IMG/VR virus record: IMGVR_UViG_3300043036_000110
Span: 1-37,283 of that record
Strand: one strand, 5' to 3'
Source: a virus
Taxonomy: Duplodnaviria; Caudoviricetes
DNA: 37,283 nt
Numbering within the stretch: the stretch's first letter is position 1; each line of letters starts with the position of its first letter. Shown one piece after another: positions 8,531-17,743 of the stretch. The notes below the pieces were generated by a model. That model was not told the DNA's origin and did no database searches. It worked only from the letters and a program-made list of their open reading frames with translations. The position numbers and the translations under genes are program-made.

Positions 8531-9646
8531 ATGGCAGGTACTAACTTTGCAACTGGCGGTCCAAAAGCCGCCGCACGTAGCGCATCAGCTACAGGTAACG
8601 CAGTCAACGCAGGTGAACGCGAAGACTTGGCTAACTTCATCTCTATGATTAGCCGTGACGAAACCCCTTTCTTGTCTTCAATCGGCAAGACTAAGGCTAC
8701 TGCAGTTTTCCACGAATGGCAAACTGACGAATTGGCTGCTCCTACTTCTGCTGCTGTTGCTGAAGGCGTATCATACGCTACTCAGAACTCTGCTCAAGGT
8801 GCAGAACCATTCCGTACTCGTTTGGGTAACTACACTCAGATCAACAGCAAGACTGTTACCGTAACTGGTACTAAGCGTGCTGTCGATCAAGCAGGTGTTG
8901 CTGACGAATACGCATACCAGCTCAAGAAGCGTGGTACCGAATTGCGCCGTGACGTTGAGTTCGACTTGGTCAACTCATGGAACAGCTCAAACGGTTCTGG
9001 CACCCGTAAATTCGGTGGCTACCAAGCTTGGGTTAACTACACTGCAGCTACAACTACTCCAGCTACAGCACTAAACGTGTTGACTACTGGCGCTGAGTAC
9101 ACTGCTCCTACCAACATGGGTGGCGGTCAAGCCGGTACTTTCACTACTGTTACTTCTGCTGATAAGAACAGCTTACAGTTGTCACACGTTGACACCGTAA
9201 TGCAAGCTATCTACGAAAACGGTGGTAAGGCCACTAAGTTGATGTTGTCTCCAGCTAACCGCCGTGTATTCTCAGCTAAGGCTCAGTCTGCTGGTTCTAG
9301 CTCAAGCAACGCTGGTGACGGTAACGTTCGCCGTAACATCGATGCTGACGGTAAACTCCGTCAATCAGTCGAGATCTACATGTCTGACTTCGGTGACATC
9401 ATGGTTGTACCTAACTACGTGATGGGTATCTCCAACACTGGTGTTTCTGGTTTGGACCAAGCTGCTAACTTCAGCGCGTTCCTATATGACCCAATGTGGT
9501 TCAGCTACGCTTCATTGCGTCCTCTACAAGAAGTTGACCTCGGTCAGCTTGGTGACTCTATCATCGGTCAGATCGTTGAAGAGGGTACCTTGGAGTGCCG
9601 TAATCCAAAAGGCGCTGGCTTGATCTTCGGTTTGTCAGGTGCTTAA
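8531..9646 (+). CDS. Major capsid protein (DUF5309/SU10-like)
   Basis: REDLANFISMISRDETPFLS, HEWQTDEL, NYTQI, ELRRDVE and EGTLE motifs; strong codon bias; followed by a terminator. Confidence 0.9.
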   Translation: MAGTNFATGGPKAAARSASATGNAVNAGEREDLANFISMISRDETPFLSSIGKTKATAVFHEWQTDELAAPTSAAVAEGVSYATQNSAQGAEPFRTRLGNYTQINSKTVTVTGTKRAVDQAGVADEYAYQLKKRGTELRRDVEFDLVNSWNSSNGSGTRKFGGYQAWVNYTAATTTPATALNVLTTGAEYTAPTNMGGGQAGTFTTVTSADKNSLQLSHVDTVMQAIYENGGKATKLMLSPANRRVFSAKAQSAGSSSSNAGDGNVRRNIDADGKLRQSVEIYMSDFGDIMVVPNYVMGISNTGVSGLDQAANFSAFLYDPMWFSYASLRPLQEVDLGQLGDSIIGQIVEEGTLECRNPKGAGLIFGLSGA

Positions 9647-9655
9647 TAGCTAATT

Positions 9656-9690
9656 AAAAGGGAGGGGAGAAATCCTTTCCCTTTTTATTT
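9656..9690 (+). terminator. Rho-independent terminator after the capsid gene
   Basis: AAAAGGGAGGGGA-GAAA-TCCTTTCCCTTTT followed by a T-rich tail. Confidence 0.85.
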
Positions 9691-9702
9691 CAAAGGAAAA
9701 CT

Positions 9703-9894
9703 ATGTATAACGTAGACCAAAACACACCCGAGCTTATTGCTCAATCAGCTGACCAACTAGCTGTTGCTCTTGTTAACGTAATTGTTGCAATTCAAACCTA
9801 TGGTGGTGAAGGATTAGATAGCGCTATTAACAACGCTATTGAAAATGCTCAAACAGTGTTAGTAGACAATACTAATTACACAGTACCCGAATAA
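9703..9894 (+). CDS. Hypothetical protein (63 aa)
   Basis: AAGGA SD; in operon. Confidence 0.7.
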   Translation: MYNVDQNTPELIAQSADQLAVALVNVIVAIQTYGGEGLDSAINNAIENAQTVLVDNTNYTVPE

Positions 9895-9902
9895 GGATCA
9901 AA

Positions 9903-10178
9903 ATGGAATTTCTAAGAATTACCGCTTCTGACGGTACTAAAAAGTACATCCCTGATAATTATGTGGCACAGATTTCTGTTGCTGCAGATACAGGCACTAC
10001 TGCTTCTGACTATGCTGCCTCTACGGTTATCCGTGGATTAATTACTGGTGTTAAGTACTATGACGGTGCTAATGCCACTGCAGGTGCTTTAGTAGTTGTT
10101 ACTGACGTATCTACCGCTAAATACGAGTATGGTTGTTTCACTATTGATGGTGCATTCAGCGCAGCTCTATCTAACTAA
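9903..10178 (+). CDS. Hypothetical virion protein (91 aa)
   Basis: AAGGA SD; A/T/G/V-rich, beta-like composition. Confidence 0.7.
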   Translation: MEFLRITASDGTKKYIPDNYVAQISVAADTGTTASDYAASTVIRGLITGVKYYDGANATAGALVVVTDVSTAKYEYGCFTIDGAFSAALSN

Positions 10179-10193
10179 ACAAACGAGGACACA

Positions 10194-10517
10194 ATGGGGT
10201 TTCTATCACAAGACGATAATAAAAATAGTTTCACAGTTAAGGCTGATGAAAAGGATTTTAAACTAGAACAGAACGTTCAAGCATACAAAGACTATGCTGC
10301 CCTTTCCCGTGAGCGCGATTCATTTGCATCTAACGGAAGAACATATCGCTCATTCGCTATCATTCCCGATATTGTAGCTATTGATATGTTAACTAAATAT
10401 GGTTTAGACATTCATGCACCGGACTTTATGCATGACCCTCTTAACCTACGTAAATTAAAGAAACTAATTGACACGGAATATCCCGCGCTCAAGACAAGTA
10501 ACGTAAGAGCCTTATAA
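10194..10517 (+). CDS. Hypothetical protein (107 aa)
   Basis: GAGGA SD; lies between capsid and adaptor. Confidence 0.75.
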   Translation: MGFLSQDDNKNSFTVKADEKDFKLEQNVQAYKDYAALSRERDSFASNGRTYRSFAIIPDIVAIDMLTKYGLDIHAPDFMHDPLNLRKLKKLIDTEYPALKTSNVRAL

Positions 10518-10529
10518 GGAGAATAACAT

Positions 10530-11441
10530 ATGGCAACACCTAAATTTGACGCACTAGTTGCGAAAGTAAGAGACTGGTCAAATAAACCCGAAGTACAAAC
10601 TATTCCCGACAGCGTCATTCAGGATTGCCTATCTTATTCTGCTGATGAGTCATACAGACAATTAAGAATTCCTCCATTAGAAGCAACTGTAAAATACACA
10701 ATTTCAGAAGCTGATAATCTAGGAGAGAATAGTTTAGGTCTTCCTTATGGAAACGCATACACATCATTTGCTATGCCAGAAGACTTAACTCAGTTTATTT
10801 ATATTAGAACATTAGCTCAAGAAAACGCAGGTACTTCATACTCAACCTTTCCTTCTAATGTTAGTAAAGTATTTAACGAAGTTACAGATAAACGCACCTT
10901 CTTTGATTTGTACAGTGAAAAGTATTCTGTGTACAATTGGATGTGGCAGGACGGTAAGATCTTTATTCATCCGCAGCTAGCTGTAGGCGCTACTGTAGAA
11001 ATTCACTACTACCGCAGACTCCCTGCATTAAACGCTTTGTATAGCGTTGCGCCTATTAATTACCTTGTTGGCCTATCAGATGCTGAACAACCTTATGTAG
11101 CTCTTGTTTCTTCCGGTGGAACCAACTTGTATTTCTCTACAGCAGACTCTGTGTTGAAATGTTTCAGTACTTACGAAGAAGCTGCTTTATATAACCCTAC
11201 TGTTACAACTAAAATGTACGAGGGTAAAGAAGTCTCTAATTGGTTAAGAGATAATAATGAACGCTTGGTTGTATGGGGTGGTCTATATAACTTAGGTGCA
11301 TACCTATTTGACACTACAATGGAACAACGATACGAGAAACGCTTTAACGAAACACTACTCTCAATGAACAAAGAAGAAAAGTGGCGTAGGGCTTCTGGTG
11401 GTAATGTTCAAGTTAATTTTAACACTAACGGATTAATCTAA
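10530..11441 (+). CDS. Head-tail adaptor (tail tubular protein A-like)
   Basis: N-terminal LVAKVRDWS..., HPQL....VEIHYYRRLPAL and SNWL..N motifs typical of podovirus adaptors; position. Confidence 0.7.
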   Translation: MATPKFDALVAKVRDWSNKPEVQTIPDSVIQDCLSYSADESYRQLRIPPLEATVKYTISEADNLGENSLGLPYGNAYTSFAMPEDLTQFIYIRTLAQENAGTSYSTFPSNVSKVFNEVTDKRTFFDLYSEKYSVYNWMWQDGKIFIHPQLAVGATVEIHYYRRLPALNALYSVAPINYLVGLSDAEQPYVALVSSGGTNLYFSTADSVLKCFSTYEEAALYNPTVTTKMYEGKEVSNWLRDNNERLVVWGGLYNLGAYLFDTTMEQRYEKRFNETLLSMNKEEKWRRASGGNVQVNFNTNGLI

Positions 11442-11450
11442 GGAGATACT

Positions 11451-14138
11451 ATGGGTTACGAACAAGTACCTGGAATGACAGGTAGTATTTCCGCTGGCGG
11501 TGAATACGACAACCTAGATACTACAAACTCAAATGTGTATCCAAAACTAGCGGCTGAAGATGCTGCTGCTGCAGCTCTTAGCGCGGCTCAAGCGTTAGCT
11601 TCCAAAAATGCTGCTGCTGCAAGTGCAACTGTAGCTCTCAACGCAGAAACTGTTGTAGCTGCAAGTGCCGCTTCCGCATTTACTTCAGCTACAAATGCAA
11701 GTGCTTCAGCTACCGCCGCATCTGCTGCATTATCTGCTGTAACTGAACAAGCGGTTATTGCAACAACTCAGGCCATTAACGCTGCAAACAGTGCAACGGC
11801 TGCTTCAACCTCTGAGGATAACGCTGGCACTTCTGAAACTAATGCTGCAGCTAGCGCTTCTACTGCAACTACCCAAGCAGGTGTTGCTACTACCCAAGCA
11901 GGTGTTGCTACCACACAGGCCACTAATGCAACAACTAGTGCAACATCCGCATCATCATCTGCTGCATCTGCTTTAGATTATAAAAATGCGGCTGCTCTGT
12001 CAGCATCAGGCGCAAGAACTTCTGAGCTAAGTGCTCTTGACGCAGCATCAGCGGCAGCATCCTCAGCAACTGACGCAAATGCTGCAGCTAACACAGCAAC
12101 TACTCAAGCAACTAACGCTTCGTCTAGTGCTTCCACAGCTACCACTCAGGCAGGTATTGCTACCACACAGGCTACTAACGCAGCAGCAAGTGCTTCAAAC
12201 GCTTCTACTTCGGCAAGCACAGCAACAACCAAAGCAAGTGAAGCAGCTACTAGTGCAAGTAATGCTGCAGCAAGCGCATCATCAGCCAGCTCTTCAGCTT
12301 CTACAGCAACAACTAAGGCAAGTGAAGCTAGTACATCTGCAACGGATGCAGCTTCTTCTGCTTCTAGTGCTTCTACTTCAGCTTCTACAGCTACCACACA
12401 GGCTACTAACGCAGCTTCATCTGCTTCGTCAGCAAGTGCATCTGCAAGTACAGCAACAACTAAGGCAAGTGAAGCAGATGTTTCGGCCACTGCTGCTGCA
12501 TCGTCTGCCTCTGGAGCTGCTACATCTGCTGTTTCAGCTGCTTCTAGTGCTGCTAGTGCTGCTGCTTTGTTAGATAACTTTGATGATCGTTATCTTGGGG
12601 CTAAAGCATCTGCTCCCTCTGTAGATAACGATGGTAACGCTTTAATTGTCGGTGCTTTGTACTTTGACACTACCGAAGGTAAGATGTTTGTTTATACTGC
12701 TAGCGGTTGGTTGGCAGCATCAAGCGCTTCGGTAGCAACGCTTGCTACATTTGAATTTGTAGCAACAGCTGGTCAAACAGTATTTAGTGGTAATGATGTC
12801 AATGGAGTTTCGTTATCTTATACTACGTCAGCGCTAATGATCTCGTTAAACGGGGTAGCCCTTCGTCCCGGTGATGATTTTACTGCTACAAATGGAACAT
12901 CAATTACTTTAACTTCTGCTGCTAGTTTAAATGATGAATTAGTTGTCTATGCGTTTGGCAGTTTTGTAATTGCTGATACTTACAGTGTCACGGCTGCTGA
13001 TGCTCAATTTTTACCGAAAGTAAACCCTAGCTATACAGGTACATTAACTGGCGGTACTGGCGTTGTGAATTTAGGCTCAGGCCAGTTCTACAAAGATGCG
13101 TCAGGTAACGTGGGTATTGGTACTGCTTCGCCTAATGGCAGACTGCAGATAACAGGCGGCACGACAAATGCCTCAAGTTTGGCGACTGCATATTCAGCAG
13201 CTGCCTTTACTCTTGTTCCTAAGTCAAGTTCAGGTTTTTCATTAGCTTTTGGCTCTGGGCCAAGTGATTTCCCGTATATTCAAATGAGTGCAGCGGGGTC
13301 TGTTGCTTCAGATATGGCATTGCAGCCCTACGGCGGCAACTTAGGTATTGGTACGGGTTCCCCACAACAACGCTTGGATGTAACTGGCGGTTATTTACAA
13401 CTTCGAGACTCAACAGGTAGCGGTGGGTATCGTCTTACCATTGGTGCTGATTCAACATCATGCCGTTTAAATTCAGTCGATAACACACCACTTACATTCA
13501 GCATGGGTGGCTCTGAGAAAGCCCGTATCGACTCCAGCGGTAACTTGCTGGTGGGGAAATCAACAACGGATGGAGCTACCGTAGGAACTTATATTGGCAC
13601 AGGTGGTGCTAATTTTGTGAGCAGTATTGCCTCAACAAATGACGGTCCTCAAATTCAAATTGCTAACGTAAATGCAAGTGTTGTTAACGGGTATCGTTTT
13701 ATTTCATTTCGTGCCAACGTAGGCGCTACTCAAGTTGGAACAATTACCACAAACGGTACAAGCACAACCGCATACAACACATCTTCTGATTATCGTTTGA
13801 AAGAAGACATCCAACCGATGACTAGAGCGTTGGAAAAAGTAGCAGCTCTAAAGCCTGTAACCTATACGTGGAAAGCAGACGGCTCTAATGGTCAAGGCTT
13901 TATCGCGCATGAACTACAAGAGGTTATTTCTGAATGTGTAACAGGTGAAAAAGACGCTGTTGAAACTTATACTGATGCGGAAGGTAATGAACAAACCCGC
14001 CCTGTATACCAAGGCATCGACACCAGCTTCTTAGTTGCAACTCTCACCGCAGCCATCCAAGAGCAACAAGTCTTAATCAACAAACAGCAAGCTGCGTTAA
14101 CAACACTCACAGCACGCATTGAAGCATTGGAGAATTAA
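11451..14138 (+). CDS. Long tail fibre with an Ala/Ser/Thr-rich shaft and a C-terminal intramolecular chaperone (peptidase S74-like)
   Basis: ATTQA/ATTKASEA repeats, FDDRYLGAK, ATAGQTVF, GNVGIGT repeats, TSSDYRLKEDI autocleavage motif, GFIAHE, terminal coiled coil. Confidence 0.9.
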   Translation: MGYEQVPGMTGSISAGGEYDNLDTTNSNVYPKLAAEDAAAAALSAAQALASKNAAAASATVALNAETVVAASAASAFTSATNASASATAASAALSAVTEQAVIATTQAINAANSATAASTSEDNAGTSETNAAASASTATTQAGVATTQAGVATTQATNATTSATSASSSAASALDYKNAAALSASGARTSELSALDAASAAASSATDANAAANTATTQATNASSSASTATTQAGIATTQATNAAASASNASTSASTATTKASEAATSASNAAASASSASSSASTATTKASEASTSATDAASSASSASTSASTATTQATNAASSASSASASASTATTKASEADVSATAAASSASGAATSAVSAASSAASAAALLDNFDDRYLGAKASAPSVDNDGNALIVGALYFDTTEGKMFVYTASGWLAASSASVATLATFEFVATAGQTVFSGNDVNGVSLSYTTSALMISLNGVALRPGDDFTATNGTSITLTSAASLNDELVVYAFGSFVIADTYSVTAADAQFLPKVNPSYTGTLTGGTGVVNLGSGQFYKDASGNVGIGTASPNGRLQITGGTTNASSLATAYSAAAFTLVPKSSSGFSLAFGSGPSDFPYIQMSAAGSVASDMALQPYGGNLGIGTGSPQQRLDVTGGYLQLRDSTGSGGYRLTIGADSTSCRLNSVDNTPLTFSMGGSEKARIDSSGNLLVGKSTTDGATVGTYIGTGGANFVSSIASTNDGPQIQIANVNASVVNGYRFISFRANVGATQVGTITTNGTSTTAYNTSSDYRLKEDIQPMTRALEKVAALKPVTYTWKADGSNGQGFIAHELQEVISECVTGEKDAVETYTDAEGNEQTRPVYQGIDTSFLVATLTAAIQEQQVLINKQQAALTTLTARIEALEN

Positions 14139-14140
14139 TA

Positions 14141-14758
14141 ATGGGAAAAGCTAGAAACTTATCAAAACTTATCGTAGGGAATACTGGGGCTATTGACGTT
14201 GCCTCTAGTATTGCAGACGGTTCTGTTACAACAACAAAAATCACCGATGCAAACGTCACAACATCTAAGATTGTAGATAACGCTATTACATCAGGAAAGA
14301 TTGCAGATAGCGCAATTACATCTTCTAAGATTGCTGATTTAACAATTGCTACTGGTGACATTGCTAACTTAGCGATTACTACTGCTAAGATCGCTGATGC
14401 AAACGTAACTAGTGCAAAACTAGAAAACTCAGGTGTCACTGCTGGTAGTTATGGAAGCTCATCTGCAATCCCATCAATTACAGTAGATGCTAAAGGGCGT
14501 GTAACTTCTGTCAGTACAAATGCGGTAGCTTCAGGTTCTGTTGCTTGGACTAGTGTAACCGGAAGACCAACCGCGCTAAGCTCATTCTCGAATGATATTG
14601 CCGCAGTTACTGCTGCTACGGTAGCAAGCTCTATACCAATAGTTGCAGGAGGTGGAGACCTTAGAACTACAACAGTTTACAAAGATTCAGCAAACTCAAT
14701 TCGCATTGGATATTACGCATATAACTGCAATTGCGCTTGCAACTGTAATTGCTGTTAA
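14141..14758 (+). CDS. Fibre-like protein with 10-aa IT..KIAD repeats and a Cys-rich C-terminal tail (YNCNCACNCNCC)
   Basis: Repeats seen directly; GVTAGSYG...ITVDAKGRVT fibre motif; all 6 Cys lie in the last 10 residues. Confidence 0.8.
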   Translation: MGKARNLSKLIVGNTGAIDVASSIADGSVTTTKITDANVTTSKIVDNAITSGKIADSAITSSKIADLTIATGDIANLAITTAKIADANVTSAKLENSGVTAGSYGSSSAIPSITVDAKGRVTSVSTNAVASGSVAWTSVTGRPTALSSFSNDIAAVTAATVASSIPIVAGGGDLRTTTVYKDSANSIRIGYYAYNCNCACNCNCC

Positions 14759-14769
14759 AAGGAAACAAA

Positions 14770-15576
14770 ATGAAAATTTTTTATTCGCCAGTTGCGCGTC
14801 AAAAAGTCAAAGTAAAATTAACTATCAATCAAGATGGTTTCATAATTGAACAAGCAAACCTAGTTCTTAAAACAGATGAGTTCGGTGTAAATCTAGTTGA
14901 TGCCGATGGAAATACCACAGGCGAATTAGTGGCTACGGAGTTTGATGACCGAATGAGGTATGATGTAAAGTTTGCTGACATTCTGACTCGCGAAGATCTA
15001 TCTGATCGTGCTGCTTATTGCTTTCCGTCAGGGCAGCTCCTTGCTCCAATGTTCAACTTTTGGCAAGCAACGCAGCCGGGACGATTGACTGGTCGTCAAC
15101 TTTCAATGCAAAACGGATTTAGCACAACAGCATGTTTGATTGTTCCTTTTAAAGACTCTGAGATTAACAATTGGGTGCTTGGTATTCACGTAAACCCAGA
15201 CCCTCAATTCTTTGAAATCATCAATGGAACGGCTGTTGAGCATCCAGTAGATTCTGTAGGTGGTCTTGGTTCTCTACGAGAAATCATGTCTCCATCTATT
15301 ACATTTGACAATCTTGAGGTAGTTGGTATTGCAGAGACAATTGTTGAAGTGCCATTTACTGTACTTGATTCAAGCGGTGAACAGCACCTTGGTGTCTGCG
15401 ATGTGTATCTTGAAGTTACTGGTGGAAACTTGCTTATGGCAAGGGTTCGTGCTGTGAATGGAAAAGGTATTGCTCGCATCTCTTTAGCTAACATGATGCC
15501 TAGCGATCAGTTCAAAATTAAAGCTGGCTTCAAATATTATTCAGGTGTCAGCGAATGCAAGATCACAGTGCAGTAA
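14770..15576 (+). CDS. Hypothetical protein (268 aa), possibly with an Ig-like C-terminal domain
   Basis: ATG at 14770 behind AAGGA; beta-strand-patterned C-terminus. The fold call is inference. Confidence 0.7.
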   Translation: MKIFYSPVARQKVKVKLTINQDGFIIEQANLVLKTDEFGVNLVDADGNTTGELVATEFDDRMRYDVKFADILTREDLSDRAAYCFPSGQLLAPMFNFWQATQPGRLTGRQLSMQNGFSTTACLIVPFKDSEINNWVLGIHVNPDPQFFEIINGTAVEHPVDSVGGLGSLREIMSPSITFDNLEVVGIAETIVEVPFTVLDSSGEQHLGVCDVYLEVTGGNLLMARVRAVNGKGIARISLANMMPSDQFKIKAGFKYYSGVSECKITVQ

Positions 15577-16151
15577 CCCTATGGCCTTCTGTTGTAGTAA
15601 TTGATATTGACAACAGAGACGTTCTTAATGCGTCTTTGTTGCCATTATTGCTTGATGTTTTTAACAACACATCAACTGGAAGTGAGCACTATGAGCGCAT
15701 ACCTCATAATATTTTTGAGATGAATGAGCCACCAATTCAAGAACTCAAAAACATACTAGTATCTATTGCGCGTTTTCACTATGACATTGGCGATAATTTT
15801 GAAATTGATGGGCACGAAATTGTTTCGTTTGATCGTCAATTTATTAAAACGCATGTCGATTCTGATGAAGGCGACTTAACATTACAGTACTTTGTAAAAG
15901 CACCACAAGAAAACCAAGAGCAGCCAGTCAATAAATTTGGCAACGCATCTTTTGTTTTGGTAAATCCTGCGCAACCTTCTGGATCATTTAGATTCAAAGA
16001 AGAAAGGCCCAGTGAGTACCCCCTACTACCAAGAGACGGCCTTGTTGTAATGTATAGATCACATATTCCCCACTACCAATGCCCATATAAAGGGGATGAG
16101 CCAATGGTTCAGGTAGTGTGTAACATCAAAATAAAAAGGACACCACATTAA
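15555..16151 (+). CDS. 2OG-Fe(II) oxygenase-like protein (HxD...H)
   Basis: HVD, then LTLQYFV, P.DG.VVMY.SHIPH..., matching the layout of phage 2OG-Fe(II) oxygenases. Confidence 0.7.
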   Translation: MQDHSAVTLWPSVVVIDIDNRDVLNASLLPLLLDVFNNTSTGSEHYERIPHNIFEMNEPPIQELKNILVSIARFHYDIGDNFEIDGHEIVSFDRQFIKTHVDSDEGDLTLQYFVKAPQENQEQPVNKFGNASFVLVNPAQPSGSFRFKEERPSEYPLLPRDGLVVMYRSHIPHYQCPYKGDEPMVQVVCNIKIKRTPH

Positions 16152-17525
16152 ATGGCAACATTCAACATCACATCAAAACACCCAGAGTCGGGTCAGATTG
16201 CAAAATTTCTATACCGAACAGATGACAGCGCACTCCTTCACGAAGATGGAACTCCTGTTTTATCCACCTCTGGTCGCACGTTTACTGATGCCGTAATTTT
16301 TGACAAGGAGTCTCCACTCAAAAAGTCAAATCAAATTAAGAGGCTAAAGATTTCTCTTGGCTTAAGCTGCAACTATGAATGTAGCTACTGTAGCCAAAGG
16401 TTTGTTGAACGTTCAGTTGAAACTAACCCACACGATGTAGATGCTTTCATGGTATCTCTACCAAACTGGTTTGATGGTGGTGATGATGGAATTGGCGGTG
16501 GTGTGTCTGTTGAGTTTTGGGGTGGTGAGCCTTTTGTGTATTGGAAGACATTAAAACCATTAGCTGAAAAGATTAAGGCTAAATATCCAAACATCAGATT
16601 TTCTGTTATCACAAATGGCTCTTTACTAGATTCAGAAAAGAACGCATGGCTTGATGAAAACGAATTTACTGTTTCTATTTCCCATGATGCTGGAGGTCAG
16701 TCATTCCGAGGACCAGACCCGTTAACAGATGAGGGTTCACGTAATGCTGTTCTCGACTTATATGCCCGATTGAAGCCAAAAGGTAGATTTAGTTTTAACA
16801 CAATGATTCATGCTGGTAATCAGTCTCGTGATGCTGCTTACGAATATTTTAAGCGGTTTACTGGAGACGAAGATGTTCCGCTTGGTCAAGGTGAGTTCAT
16901 TGATGCTTATGATGAAGGTGGGCTTGGCAACTCTCTTAAGAGTTTGTCTGATGAAATTAAATTCAGACTCAATTCCTTAACCGAAATGCGTGTTGGTAAA
17001 GGCTCTAAATTCAGTATTCCTGTAATGAAAATTCAAGGGTTTATTGATACTGTTCGCTATCAAAAGACAATCACATCTATCTCACAAAAGTGTGGGATGG
17101 ACGACCCAAGTAATATTGCTGTTGACCTTAATGGTAACGTAATTACTTGTCAAAACACATCAGCATCCGCAATAGCTCCTAATGGTAATAGCCACAAGAT
17201 TGGACATGTTGATGACTTCGAAAACATTAGGTTAGATACGGCAACTCACTTAGCAAAACGAAGCGAATGTTTATCATGCCCAGTAGTCCATTTGTGTGCT
17301 GGCTCTTGCATGTTCCTTGAAGGTGACTTGTTTGAAGCTTCATGCAAAAATTCTTTCTCTGACAACATTGTGTACTTTGCTGCTGCCTTTGAAGTGATGA
17401 CTGGTTTTGTTCCTGTCTACATTGATGGCAATCAACGTGAAGACCGCAAAGATATTTTCGGCATGGTGAATGGCATACCAGCTAACACCAGAAAACCATT
17501 TCCAATTCCTGTTGTATCAGCTTAA
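16152..17525 (+). CDS. Radical SAM enzyme with SPASM domain
   Basis: CNYECSYC (CxxxCxxC), FWGGEP, ITNGSLL, ISHD; SPASM-type Cys set KCG...ITC...CLSCPVVHLCAGSC...C. Confidence 0.95.
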   Translation: MATFNITSKHPESGQIAKFLYRTDDSALLHEDGTPVLSTSGRTFTDAVIFDKESPLKKSNQIKRLKISLGLSCNYECSYCSQRFVERSVETNPHDVDAFMVSLPNWFDGGDDGIGGGVSVEFWGGEPFVYWKTLKPLAEKIKAKYPNIRFSVITNGSLLDSEKNAWLDENEFTVSISHDAGGQSFRGPDPLTDEGSRNAVLDLYARLKPKGRFSFNTMIHAGNQSRDAAYEYFKRFTGDEDVPLGQGEFIDAYDEGGLGNSLKSLSDEIKFRLNSLTEMRVGKGSKFSIPVMKIQGFIDTVRYQKTITSISQKCGMDDPSNIAVDLNGNVITCQNTSASAIAPNGNSHKIGHVDDFENIRLDTATHLAKRSECLSCPVVHLCAGSCMFLEGDLFEASCKNSFSDNIVYFAAAFEVMTGFVPVYIDGNQREDRKDIFGMVNGIPANTRKPFPIPVVSA

Positions 17526-17548
17526 CATCAACTTGAAAGTAAAAACCC

Positions 17549-17743
17549 GTGAATGACCATAATTTAACAACAGAAACGGGGGTAGCAATGATTACTAAAG
17601 CCACCCCTCCAGTGACTATATCCTTAGCAACAGTAGCTGGCTATCAGGTATCAGAGTTAGTCCTATGGGCTACTCTCATATACACTGTGTTGATGATCGG
17701 CCATAAAGCCCTTCAGCTCTACAGAGAATTTAAGGCTCCATAA
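17549..17743 (+). CDS. Small membrane protein, holin/antiholin candidate
   Basis: Hydrophobic segments and a basic C-terminus; first gene of the lysis region. Confidence 0.55.
   Translation: MNDHNLTTETGVAMITKATPPVTISLATVAGYQVSELVLWATLIYTVLMIGHKALQLYREFKAP

Noticed and set aside
9620-9702. Programmed frameshift or readthrough extending the capsid protein
   Set aside because: Tandem TAA TAG stops, no clear slippery heptamer, and a terminator immediately after.
16152-17525. rSAM as QueE, NrdG or a sulfatase maturase
   Set aside because: Size and SPASM domain do not fit QueE or NrdG; no que, nrdD or sulfatase genes were seen in the window.
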